From: Azolla caroliniana
Taxonomy: Eukaryota; Plantae; Polypodiophyta
Reading direction: 5' to 3'
Length of the DNA stretch: 64,000 bases
Assembly: GCA_043228905.1 (NCBI GenBank)
Contig: JBHGNT010000004.1
Location: 8,184,001-8,248,000, forward strand
Numbering within the stretch: position 1 is the stretch's first letter; every line of letters begins with the position of its first letter. Positions 23,474 through 36,340 of the stretch are shown here, piece by piece. The notes under the pieces were generated by a model, which was not told the origin of the DNA, ran no database searches, and saw only the letters and a program-made list of their open reading frames with translations. The translations under genes and the position numbers were made by a program.

Positions 23474-26400
23474 CTCCCCGGTAATGGGCGTATACATGGG
23501 TTATCTAAAAAATACAGGTATCGGCATAGGTTCTCGGACAGGTCGGTTTTGTTCGAATCTGCATGATCCGTAGACAGAAGACCGAACTGGTCGGGTCGGA
23601 AAAGCTGAAGCCGATCGTCAGTGAACCGATGTCTGTTGTCCGAAACCATCCTGCACTATGTCCGGCTTCAACCGGACCGATATGTTGTTACGCCCATCTG
23701 TTGCCGAAGAGACCGGAACCGGTCTGCCGAAAGACACTTTGTCATTCCATCTGCGACATTATCGGTTGTGGATATCTTCTCTAAACCGATTTTCCTGGAA
23801 ATGACGCAGTCCCGAACGAAGTGATATCGAACTTCGATATGCTTGGAGGCGTTGTGATGAACCAGATTTTTCGACAAAGCAACAGCAATCTGACTATCGT
23901 TGCAGACAACTGGAGCCGAGTCGGAGTCGACTTGCCGAAACATGTGCGCCAGCCGACCGAGCCATAAAGCTTCTTTCGCTGCGTCGGAGGCAGCTACATA
24001 TTCTGCTTCGGTCGTTGAGGTGGTTGTGCACTCCTGAAGTTTCGACTTCCACGAGATTGCTCCATTGCCGAATTTAAAGCAATATCTGGTTGTTGACTTG
24101 CGACTGTCCACACAGCCGGCGAAGTCTGAGTCGGTGTAACCGGCTACGCCTGAAGTTCAGTTCGGACCGAAAAGGATGTCGTGGTCTTTTGTGCCAACTA
24201 AATATCTGAAGACATGCTTGACTGTGTTCCAGTGAGATCGGTCGGGATTGTGCATAAATCTGCTGATGCCTCCTACGGCGTGAGAAATATCAGGCCGTGT
24301 CGCGACCATCGCGTACATCAGAGAGCCTACTGCCAGTGCATACGGTACCGACTTCATGTCTTCCCCCTCCGTACCGGATGTCGGGCAGTCTCGCTGAGAA
24401 AGCCGAAGATGCGAGGTCGAAGCAGACTTGGCCGATTGCATGTTGAAGCGTTCCAAGACACGTCCGATGTAGTCGGTTTGAGACAGAAAAAGTTGTCTTT
24501 TGGCGCGATTCCGACTAATCTTCATTCCGAGTATGTGTCTTGCCGGACCGAGGTCCTTCATGGCAAACTTCAATCGCAGTTTCCGAACGAGTTCGGTGAG
24601 CTCTCTGGTATGCCGACCAGAGAGTAGCATGTCGTCCACGTAGATGATGAGGAAGACGGGAGAACCGTCTTGAGTTGTTTTGGTGAAGAGGCAGTGGTCC
24701 TCATCGCTCTTGGAGAAGCCGACCAACTGGATGAAATCGTCGAACTTCTTGTACCACTGTCGGGGTGCCTGTTTCAGACCGTAAAGACTCTTCCTGAGTC
24801 GGCAGACTAGATGTTCCTGACCGGTGGCCACAAAGCCTTTCGGCTGCTCCATGTAGATTTCCTCCTTTAGATCACCGTGGAGGAATGTCGTTTTCACATC
24901 TAGCTGAATCAGCTCCAAATTGTCGACGGCCACAACACCGAGCATGAAACAAAGGGTTGTCATTTTCACCACTGGTGAAAAGATTTTGTCGAAGTCGACG
25001 CCATATTCCTGTCGAAATCCCTTCGCAACTAATCTGACCTTGTACTTTGGGGTGGTTGAGTCAGACGTCTCCTTTAGTCTATAGACCCACTTGCAAGGAA
25101 GAGCACGTCGATTCTTCAGTAAGTCGACCAGATCCCAAGTCTTGTTGGCGCGGATGGAGTGCATTTCCGACTCCATTGCCAGATCCCAAGTCTTGTTGGC
25201 ACTGAATTGGCAGTTGCCGATGCTTCTTCGTAGGACGTCGGTTCGCCGGCGTCGGTGAAGAAAATTCCGGGAGAGTACCTCTCCAGAGGTTGCGACAATC
25301 TCTCAGATCTTCGAGGTATGACTGGACTGGTCGCACCGGGTGTCGATGTCGGATGGTCGAAAGCCGAGCCATTCGGTTGTGCCGAATCTGTGGATTCGGT
25401 GCGAGAGAAGTCGGTTACCCGTGAAACCGGTCTCGTGTTGTGTGTTGGGCCGTCATGAAGGGTTGGCACTTCGGAAAATATTACCCTTCGGACTTCAATA
25501 GGCCTTTCGGCCGTTTTGTGCATAGTCGACTCGTTGAACATGACGTCCGAACTTCGGACGATTTGCCTGTGCTCGGGGTCCCAGAGTCGGTATCCGATCT
25601 CGCTGTCGGGTCCGTACCCGAGGAAAACGCATTTCCTTGATCTCGGTTCGAGCTTTCGGCAGTCGTCTTTCGGTATGAGGGCGTATGCCTCGCAACCGAA
25701 AATCCTCAGCTTATCATAATTCGGCTTTCTGCCAGTCCATATTTCCTGAGGTATCTTAAGTCCTAGAGGTCTACTTGGCGACATATTGATTATGTGTACT
25801 GCCGTGAGTAGAGCCTCTGCCCAGAAGCCATCCAACAATCCAGAGTGTTGGAGCATGGATACAACGCGTTCTTGAATCGTCCGATTCATGCGTTCTGCGA
25901 TTCTGTTCTACTCCGGACTATATGGTGCCATATATTGACGTCTAATGTCGCGTTCTCGGCAAAATTTGACGAATTCATCATATTTGAACTCACCTCCATT
26001 GTCGGTTCGGAGACACTTCAGTTTCCGACCGGTCTGGTTTTCGACCATTGCGAGCCAATCTGAGAAGATCGAGAACACCCTATCTTTGGTTCTGATGGGG
26101 TAAGCCCACACCTTCCGAGTCGAGTCGTCAATGAAACTGACGAAGTACGAGGCACCACCAAGTGACTAATGTGGCATCGGGCCACAGACGTCCGAGTGGA
26201 CCAAATCGAGCGGGCTCGACTCTCTTGGTGCTGATGTCGGGTGTGATGCTACCTGTTTGCCGTACAGGCAATGCTCGCAAAACTGATGGTCCGAGAAGGA
26301 GAGTTTCGGGATGTATCCGGCTCTGGATAGGTGCGTGATGCCGGCCTTGTTGAAGTGTCCAAGTCGTCCATGCCATAAGGATGACACAGGGATATCTACC

Positions 26401-28386
26401 AGAAATAAGTCACCCTTTCTGAGTGTGACATACAAAGGGTACAATGAGTGTACCTTTGGTCCTCTAGCAAGCAGGAGGTTCCCTTTGTGGAGTGTCCACC
26501 CTCCTGATGAGAAACCAGCACGGATGCCAGCTTCATCAAGTTTTCCGACTAAGATCAAGGGTCGTGAGAGCTCAGGAACGCGTCGGACGTTGTGTAGTAT
26601 GAGTGTAGAGCCACCCGGAAGGTTGAGCTCTACGGTGCCGATTCCGATGATAGCACAGTGCTATGAATTTCCGACTCGAACTGAGTCAGAGTGCTGGTTC
26701 GAATATTGCCGAAACTGTGATCGGTGAGGTGTCACGTGATACGACGCGCCCGAGTCCAGAAGCCATGTGCTCGATTCCTCAGTCGTAAGCAGAACTTCTT
26801 ATTCGACTGGATTCTCTATGGACAATATGTTCGGGTCGGTCGTCAATATCTCGGCTGAAGAGCCGACGTAGTTGACTTCCTCATGCCAGTTACTCCTCTG
26901 ATCAGCTCTCTGAGCTTTGTCTGTCTTTGACTTGAGTACCCGACAGTCGGCCCTGATGTGTCCCGGTTTCTTGCAGTAGTTGCAGATTCGGGTTTCCCGG
27001 GACTTGCTACGGCTTCACTGATTTTTCGGCGGTCGGGAAGACCTTCTTCCCTGGTTGTTCGATCGGTCGGTCGAACCTTGTACTACATAGGCTTCTTCTA
27101 CCGAGTCTTTGGTGAAAGACTTTCTCCGAGCTGCTTCAGTCAGGATTGCACTTGTGACTTCGGAGTAGTTGATGGCAGTAGTAGAAGCGTTGCACACAGT
27201 TGTAACGAAGGTTTCCCAAGAGGAGGGGAGACTGCTCATGAGTATCATTGCTCTGAGTTCATCCTCGATTGTCGTCCCCTGTGACGAAATGTGGGAGCTC
27301 AAACTTTCGTACTCGTTAAGGTGTGCCTGAACCGAATCGGAGTCTTTCATCCGCAAGTTGTAGAGGCGCCGGATCAAATACATCTTCGTTGAGGCGACCT
27401 TCTTTTCGTAGGTTTCCGACAGCTTCTTCCAAAGTTCGAAGGTTGTCGTGCACGATTGCACTGTGAAGTACACTGACTCCGACAGGTGCATCCGAATCGT
27501 GGCACGGACGATTCTGTCCAACTTCTGCCACTCATTTGCCTTGTATATTTCTGGAGCAGTTTCATTCTCAATCGGATCGATCTGACCCTTGACTATAAGA
27601 TAGTCTTGCATTTGCTCCTTCCAAAAATTGAAGTTCGAACCGTCGAACCTCCTTAGACTCATTTCCGATGAGCCGGATGTTGATGCCATTAGATTCGGTT
27701 TCGGTTGACGAAGCTCGGTTCGGAGTTGACTACGAACTTTGTTGGAGTGCAGCCGGTCGGCTCACCCGATATCATTCTTGTCGGATTTGAACCCGAGTCG
27801 GTTCGGTTTTGGATGTATGTATTGTTGAACTTGCTCGAATTGACTCCGGTAACTTGAGGGACAGAACCGACTAGTCTTCCCGAATGTTGCCGAGTCGGAG
27901 TGAGCCCGGTTCGCTTCCGAATATATATGCCAAATACCGATTATTGAAACCGATTGTCTGGACCGATTCTGCTTCGGGTGGCTGCAACGACGAGAGAGAT
28001 GGATCCAATTGATCCTCCCGAATGGATGAAGCACGAATTGGGGTTGTTGTCTTGAGACCGATCTGCACCGAGTGGTTACGGGCGGCGAGCAGCGTTCGGT
28101 GACCTGTTCGGATGCCGTTTAACCGAGTGGAGCACGATCGTGTCAATGTTGCACAAGGGGATTTCACCTCGAGTGGTTACAATCACGAGGAACAGAGTAC
28201 AGTTGGCTGGCTTACTCCAAGCGAAGATGATCTAACGTGATGAGATGCAAGCCTCGTTTTTTTCTTCTTCTTCTCTCTCTTCTCTGTTTCTTCAAATACA
28301 AAACAGAAAAAAACTGAACGTTGTGATCCAAAGATTCGAATGGCGGCCGACAACGGGATGAAGGACATCCAAGCTCTAATACCAAA

Positions 28387-28709
28387 TGTAGGGAATGAAC
28401 AAGGCCGTCAGTGCGGAAGAGATCACACAGTATGAATCTGTGAGGAAGAAACACCTTCATATGAGAGAGGCAAGAACAAAATACGTACACAGAGAGAGAG
28501 AGAGAGAGAGGCACAAAGAATATATCTATATTCATAAAGGGGCAACCGTTACAACAATGAACAACCAACCTTTAGAAAAGGTTACAAAGTCACTTTATAT
28601 AGTGACTCACTTAGGGCAACTGCCCTTTATGTTATTTACAGAAATAGCCCGAACTTGGGCTCTCTAAGAGGATAGTGTGAATACGTCCATTATACATTTG
28701 TATTCGACA
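28387..28709 (-). repeat. 5' LTR of Copia E
   Basis: Direct repeat of 23133..23473, adjacent to the iMet-type PBS. Confidence 0.95.
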
Positions 28710-29070
28710 TTGTTGACTACAAAGGCAGAGTATATGGCAGCGGTAGAGGCCGGCAAAGAGCTAATTTGGATGAGAAATTTTCTCAACAAATTAGGGATGA
28801 AGCAAAAGGAGTTCTTGTTTCACTATGATAGCCAAAGCGCCATACACCTTGCCAAGAATGTTGCATACCACTCCCGGACCAAGCACATACAGAGAAGGTA
28901 TCATTGGTTACAAGAGAGAGTCGAAGAAGAAGAGTTTTCTCTTGTGAAGATCCATACTGACGACAATGGATCTGACATGCTGACGAAGAACCTACCTATG
29001 GATAGACTCAGAGTCTTTCGACAGAAGACAGGACTGACTGACTTCCTCCCACAAGAGTGAAGGGGGAGTT

Positions 29071-29641
29071 TGTTGGGAATATGTCCCTCCAGTGGGAGGA
29101 GGAACCAATTGTCCAGAAGTTGCTAACAGTCGATGAATACGAGGAGCCGACTGATCGAACCAAGGAGAGCCGATAGTCGAAGAGTTGAAAAACAGTGAGT
29201 CAATTGTTTGATAGTTTGACTATTATTATTATTATAGCAATAATAATAATGATACGTAGCAGAGGCTACATTTGTAAATAGCCCATATATTGTATAAGTA
29301 TAAATACACTTAGGGCAAAATGAGCGGGTGTGTGTAGAACAGAAGTAGCGTTAAAGCGTGAGTGTGTAGAGAGATAGAGAGAGAGTGTAGCGCCATAGTT
29401 GTGTGCGTAACAGCAGACGCCAAGATATGTGGTTGATACACTCGAAAGAGTGTTGTAACATACCCTCTGTTGTATATCCACTGTATAGTGAAGTTCTGTT
29501 CTCCGTAGTTTTCTCCCGTTTTAGGGTTTCCACGTAAATCTTTGTGTACTATTGTTTATCTTTTCTCTCTCTAGCATACTAGTGTGATTTGTATTTCAAC
29601 ATAGATCATTTATTGTGATTCGACTGAACGATTTCTCAACA
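29071..29641 (+). repeat. 3' LTR of Copia D
   Basis: Follows the PPT; repeat of 18063..18640. Confidence 0.95.
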
Positions 29642-31340
29642 CAACATACCACACTTCCTCCAATCTGGAAGTGGTTTTCTTCATTGAGTTTGCCTTGTGT
29701 TTCATCACAAAGGCTGGCCCTTTTCCTATCTTTCCGATCCCGGATCCTTTTGATCTTTCGGCATAGTGTGAGCTTTGTCGGCTCCCTTGTCCGGCCTTGC
29801 CGGATCCGGATTTATCCGAATCGGCGCACTTCTTCCAGCATTCTCTCTCCCGGTGACCTTTCTTGCCACAATACCAACATTTCGTGTTCGCCTTTCCTTG
29901 CTGGTTTATGGCGCCACTTTGACTCCCCCTGCTTGTGGAGGGTTTGGAACTATTATCTGCACTATCTTTGTGCCCCCAATTTTGTTATTACCGGTCGCCG
30001 CTATTGCGTGCCAACCCACCTCATCCTCCACACCCACAGAACCGATCCGCCTTTGTGTACAACATCCGGGTGTCCGGTTGAGTGGTCCTTGACCCACGCA
30101 CATGGTTTTCTTTGACCATCAACATCGACTATAGGTAGAAGAAGGACGGTGGCTTCTCCCAGGTGCAAATCATTGTTCGGATTGGCCCGTACCATTGTCC
30201 TAAACCACCAAGGCAGAAACAAATACCACTCTGTCACTTATGGCATAGGAGAACCCCCATACGAAAAGCTGGGAACCATCCAACAATTGCGTTGGACCAT
30301 CTCTTCTTCGTCCATCATCCTGTTGATGGAACCCAATACGTCGCAGATCTCCTTGATCTTGGTGGTGTAGTTGGTAACCGACATGTCCCTTTGTAGAATG
30401 TTATTGAGCTCTTGTTGGAGCTGCAACTTCCGGCATGTGGTGTTGGCGACAAAAATCTTCTTCATATTTTCCCAAGCTTCTTTCAGCATTTTTGCATCCT
30501 TGATATAGTTGAGCATCTAGTCATGCACACAGGACACGAGGCAATACAACACTCTGCTCACTCCTTGCTCCCATGCCAGCTCTAGCGCTACTTCGTTTGC
30601 TTCTTCGACATAACTCCAGTACCCGTGTCCCAGTAGGTACTAGTACATCCCTTTGTCCATTCTTTCTTTTGTTTGTTCTTTTTCCGGAAGTTATGGTTCG
30701 TCTATGAAAATCTCTTGTCAGTAGTGGAGGTTCTCAACCCTCGCGCTCTGATACTATGTAAAGAATTACGTGGGGAAGCTTATAAACAAAACCAGCTTCA
30801 CCAGATAGCAACAGAAAATATACACAGGTTTAATGGAAGCTTCACAAAACACACAGAGTCTATGCGGGAGAGATAGAGAGATTGAACTCAAATTCAAAAT
30901 ATTACTCTATACATACAATGTGCTCAGTGAGCACTTTTATACAAGTCCATAAAGGACGGACAAAATTACTAACAAGTACTCAATGCTCCTACGAACAATT
31001 GACAGTAACTCCAAGAAATATGCCTACATACTAGGTTAAGACCGTAGGCCTCTAATGGCTTACCAATTACAATCTGATCCCTCTCTGGTCCAGCTCTTGG
31101 TTTTGGATACCGATCCAAATACCTATCTGGTTCTCCGTTCCGCATCTACTATCGACTCCCCCAATCGACTCTCCATGTTAAGTCTCTCTCAATCAACTCT
31201 CCTTGTCTTCGTTTGCCAGCACTCAGCCTGACCAGACGGCTCTTTGTCTTCGACTGTCGGCTCTTACTCAGCCAAACAATCGGCTCCTCCTTGTCTTCAA
31301 TTGTCGGCTCCTACTCAGCTGAGCAGTCGGCTCCTCCCAG
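29642..31340 (-). mobile_element. 5' part of Copia C: 5' LTR (30757..~31340), PBS, gag
   Basis: PBS TAGTATCAGAGC (~30745..30756); gag KEAWENMKKIF...RKLQLQQEL; zinc knuckle; EVWYV joins DYGASNH across insertion D; LTR resembles 60413..60852. Outer LTR boundary uncertain. Confidence 0.85.
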
Positions 31341-31343
31341 AGG

Positions 31344-32140
31344 ATGGACATATTCCTAATAGAGAAGACTAGGACCAAGACATGGGTGGATGTGGTCAAG
31401 GGCCTGAAGGAGGATGAATCGGAGACAACCGATTCAGACAAGAGCTGGAAAGAATCGGAACCAGTCGATTGGATTGAGCAAGGTGATTCGGGTGAGCCGA
31501 ATCATACAAAGGCCAAGCAGACGAGAAGGCAGCCGAAGTCGATGCCGAGGTGGAGTCGACTTGTCGAGGGGCGCCAAAGTCGTGTTTACAAATTTTTGAG
31601 AAGGGCCAAGGCAGCAGACAAGCCGACCATAGAGGTCGAGGTGCACGGCACCAGATGAGTCGAGGGGCGCCAGACCGAAGGGGTTGTGGGACGCTAGGAG
31701 AGGAGGTTGGAGTGACAAACCAACCAGAGCTGAGATGGTGGGACCTCAAGTTGAGCCTGACGGGGAGTGTGGAGAGACAAGCTCAACATGGGCCGAATTG
31801 GCTAAAGAAACCGAGAGCCGAATTGGTTGAAGACTAATCGACTAGGTCCAAATCCGCTAAAGAAGTCGAGAGCTTAATCGAATAGAGTTCGATTCGGACT
31901 AGCCGAGTCGGATGGATTCCGAAAGGCCATTGAGGGCCTATGTTCCTATTTTAGTAAATAGGAATATTGTAGGTTGTTAGTGTCAGGCTCATTTATGAGT
32001 ATTCAAGTACTAACGGTACTTGTGTTAGCCGACTCGTCAAGGCTTTGTATATAAAGTGCACTCTAAGCACTATTGTATATACACAGAGAACATTTTGTAA
32101 TAGAATGTTGTTGTCTACTCTCTCTCTCTCTCTCTCTCCA
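31344..32140 (+). mobile_element. 3' fragment of an F-family Copia: pol-downstream extension, PPT, partial LTR from 31768
   Basis: ACCTCAAGTTGAGCCTGACGGGGAG|TGTGGAGAGACAAGCTCAACA matches the PPT/LTR junction of F at ~56996..57041. Confidence 0.8.
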
Positions 32141-32590
32141 TAGAAATCATTCACCTTTCATCGACACACACCACGATTCGAACTCCCTCGCTCTCTTGCG
32201 TTCTTGCTACCGCCACCGCTTGCTGGTGCTATGGGTGTCGTTGTCGTGTTGTCGTTGTCTGTTACCGCCTGCTGTTGCTGCTATTGTTGTTGTTGTCTGC
32301 CGCTGCCACCGTCTGTTGCCGACACTATCGTATTGTCGTTGTGTTGTTGTCGCCATTTCTCTGACTCTAACTTTTTGTTGGGCTGTCATTTGCTGGTGCG
32401 GCAGTCCGTTGTCATTGCGGTAGTGTGTCGTCATTGTTTGCCATTGTGCAGTCACTACCTACTGTCGTGTTGGTGTGTGCGTGTTTGTTGAGTGTTGCAT
32501 GCAAACAGACAAAATGCCAATGTGAATGTGACGTCCGCACAGGCTCGACTAAGTCTTTCATCCATTACTTTTATCTTTTTTTATACTAAA

Positions 32591-33297
32591 ATGACGTCTA
32601 AACGAAAAGAACGTAAGGAGACACAAGATGAGGCTATAATAAAGAAGACTTTTTAGATATGTTTAATCACTTAACAAAAATAGAGAATGATATGCGAAAA
32701 TGGGCGAAAGAGGCTGAAACCTAAAAGACAAAAGATAGATAGGAAAAAGACACACTTAAGGCCAAAATAGAGAAACTTAAAGTAGAAAACGCCAACTTTA
32801 AGAAACAACTTAATGACCTTGAGGTATCTCTAAGAGAAGACGGTGAAATATCCTCCATAGAGGATATAAAGGAAGAGATTAAAAAAGTTAATGAAGAAGT
32901 TAAAAATGACATGGAGTTAGCTAAAACGGGTTGAGTGGACGTAGTAAAACGAAACATTAAGAAGGAAATAAAAGATGAAAATATTGTTAACACTACCCTT
33001 GAAGAAGAGAAAACGTGTCAGGCCCGACGCTTAAATGTATGTGTCACTGGACACGAGGAAGGTGCATCCCCCCACGAAGCTGCACAAACACTTGAGAAAA
33101 TGTTAGGGTACACAGAGGCCTACCAATCACCAAAACCTGGAGGGTCGAACGTAACACAACTAGGAAGAGAGCCTTAGTCCTTCAGTTTAAAGACTTTGAA
33201 TCTAGAATCATATTTTTTAAGAAGAGACCAATTCTTCGAGGATTAGGTGGGGACCCTATCTATCTAGATGAACACCTCCCTAAGATGCAAATTGAAA
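32591..33297 (+). pseudogene. degraded LINE ORF1 (coiled coil + RRM-like)
   Basis: K/E-rich coiled coil, then ARRLNVCVTG, RALVLQFKD and PIYLDEHL motifs typical of LINE ORF1; stops and frameshifts present. Confidence 0.6.
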
Positions 33298-36200
33298 CCA
33301 TGGTTCACCACTCATTGAACCCTACTGCTCCAAGGCAAAAACACATTAGCCACCCCATTATTGGTTGATGATCAATGCTCTACAACCCACATTGTGGGGC
33401 ACACTCCTTCGTACACGTACTTTCAAGACTCCACATGATCCACCTCAAGCCCCACTATTCGAATACATCTCGCCATATAAAGAGGAGGTATAAATACATA
33501 TAGCGAAAGAGTTGGCTTTGTTTTCTTTTATTTTACACTCTCTGCCTTTGCCTTTTGTCCTTTTTGCTCGCTACCCAGTAAGCTCCTCTGCACAGGTCAC
33601 TCTCCTCTCCATTGCTCCCCTGCATCATCCATCACTCTCCAATCCCTGCTTCATCCTCTCCGATTTTTTGGGTTATCCACAAAAGAAGCAGCCTTGGTAT
33701 ATACCATAAACTAGTAAAAGTAACCCTTATGTACCCACATCTTTATGTATATTACTAAATCGATTGTTTGTCTAACCAAGGTTTTCGCTACCTTTTTTCC
33801 CATACTAATTCATCTCTTATCTCTTTTTTTCTCCCTTCTTTATTTATGTTTTATTTCGTTTCTTTTATTCACCAACTTACACTCTAGGTACACAAGGGGC
33901 GGGAATTTTTATGTATGTAGTTTGTAGAGAGAGCGAGGTGATTGACATATTCAAGTCGGTGGAAAGTGGTAAAGATCAATTAAATTTAGTGTTGTCCCTT
34001 GAGGTCAAATATGAGAAAAGAGAGATGGAGTTCCAATAGTAGTGTTAGAATTATTATTATTATTTGGTTTTCCATGTTCTTTTGGCTCATTATGAAGCTC
34101 GATTAGAGAGCTTTTTAATGCATATTCACATGTTGCATCTCGTGTTCACTATGAAAAGTTACAAAGAGATTTGTTGCCATGTCAACATTGATTTCAATCC
34201 ATGCTATGATGACTAATGCGACAACATGAAGTGGTTTGATGCTTGTCGATAACAACAATAGTGATGACGATCATAAAAAATTTAAACAGAAAAAAATGCA
34301 TTCTTTCCATGGATCATGAGAAGACATCATATGTTAGAAGTGTTGGTTGTTATGATGTAGTTTGGGATGATTATGATGTTGACAGACATTGTGATTTTGT
34401 TTTTGCTTGGCAAGAATTTCACAGATGAGGATGTTATGGAGGTGATGATAAAGATTGACTAAGTCCATCTTGGTAACAACTTATAGGTTTTATGACGAGG
34501 TGTTATTTGGTAAACTTCCTTTGGTATATAATGGATTAAGCAATGATTGAATTCATTTATATGCCTATTCTTGTTGAGCATGCATGTGTGGGTCCAAGAG
34601 GACATTATATACGTGTAGTCACTAGAGTTTTGCAAATTATGTGAAGGGGAAGTAGGGAGTGAGGAACAATTCATATGCAAGTGTTGATGTTGAAAGCATG
34701 CCATTAAAAAGTACATCATAATCTTTGACATCACCACCATTCATAGATGATGGAAAAGGCTAAGCCATATCACTCTACTCAATGCTTGCACAAGCATCAA
34801 ACATAGAGAGTATCAACCCTTATATTAGCACACGGGATGCATCTACAATTGCACATCACCGGCTTGTCCATAGGCCCGTACCTCCACTACTAAAGTATTG
34901 AGTCACCATTGAGCAAGTGGAGGAATGCAAACAACAATAAAGGCCATGAGTATTAGAATACTAATGCCAAATCAAGAGAATCATTGTTCACCATGTCCAA
35001 TTAACCCAAGGACGCTCAAAGACCCTTAGCTAGCTTCAGCATCACCTCGCTCAACCACACCAACCAATATCAATATCGCATCTTCTCATCATTATTGATC
35101 CCACATATTAGTTATGCACTTGATGCTTGTAAAACCTTCCCAAGAGTCATCACCAATTATCTTGCACTAAGCACATTATCGTGAATCATTAGGAAATTTG
35201 GAACATTTATTTTTGTTACGCTGAATAGCTCAAAAATTCACCCATATTTGTAATTGTGATTTTGTCTCATTGGTTGATTTCAAAGACCTCTCTATCTTGG
35301 ATTAGTCCATATTAGGGATCACTCAAAGGCAAAGACGTTGAGTGCATCTAAACTCAAAAAGCTAAGTGATTTAACCATCTAGATTTTTGGATGCCTTCGG
35401 CAATTGTACTAGTTTAGCTATATTTATTTTCATTTGTTCTCAAACATGACAGCATTTCAAGATGTACTCGCTTAACCAATCCAATAGCCCCTTCACAAGT
35501 GTCAACTATCAACAATATGCGAGCATGTTAAATGAAAGCAATATCTACACATTCACAATAATATGAAAAACTGACCACAAATATTATTATCATTGCAAAA
35601 TTCGCATTCATTGGAGGAGTTTCAGAACACCAAAAGTTACGTCCATTAGAGTTCATAATTGTTTCAAGAATGTAGAAAACCAGCATTGTAGTAGAAGAGC
35701 TTGATCATGCAACAGTAGCATTTCGCATACAACTAAATGAATAAATCAATGATTTTCACATGTAATGTATTAACAGATGTTCTGAAAGTCATAGACCATG
35801 TCATTAGAAAGCAATAAAAAATATTACGCAACCAACAAAGTTCCCGACCAGAAGCATTTTTGTTAATGGTCAATAAGTGATACTCTATACTCCAACTTTT
35901 TGAAAGATGATTCTTTACACAGCAAGGGAAGTTATCCTCCCAAGTAAACAAAATCCAGTACATCACCAATGTGAGTGGAGAACCAACAAGTTGGAACTGC
36001 ATAAAACTTTGGCCACAGAAGTGGTAAAATGTATGTACAAAGATTGTAGAGGAAACATTTTGTACGCTCCCTTACAAAGAATGTTTGAGAGCAAACCCTC
36101 CTTTACATGTAATCTGCAAAATGAGGGAGCCTCAAATTTGTCGGGTATTCAAAGATGTATGAAGTGTGAATAAATAATTGATTCCATCCACTTCAGATGA

Positions 36201-36340
36201 ATTACAACATCAGACTCATTGGATGGTTTGTAGAGGGGGATGAAAAGAAATATGAATTTCACTACTGGTGCAATATACAGTAGCTACCATGGACAGTACC
36301 TTGCTTGTAGGCAAATAAACAGTACCTTACAAGTAATCCA

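Larger units (their letters stand above)
23133..28709 (-). mobile_element. full-length Ty1/Copia element E (Tork-like) inserted in the RNase H of D
   Basis: LTRs 23133..23473 and 28387..28709; TSD TTGTC/TTGTT; PBS TGGTATTAGAGC ~28373..28384; gag 27015..27689, INT 25116..26558, RT 24157..25176 (IIYVDDML), RH 23668..24150. Confidence 0.96.
18063..29641 (+). mobile_element. full-length Ty1/Copia element D (Tork/Tnt1-like) with two nested insertions
   Basis: LTRs 18063..18640 and 29071..29641; PBS TGGTATGAGAGC (iMet-type) at 18644; PPT GAGTGAAGGGGGAG ~29055; TSD CAACC/CAACA; gag CCHC, PR WVIDFGASFH, INT, RT (21556..22764), RH (28710..29060). Confidence 0.95.

Noticed and set aside
32200-32490. 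Cys/Val-rich ORFs
   Set aside because: Low-complexity (GTT/GCC)n sequence.
34000-36300. Possible additional gene downstream of VIL
   Set aside because: Only short ORFs with no recognisable motifs or consistent splice structure.
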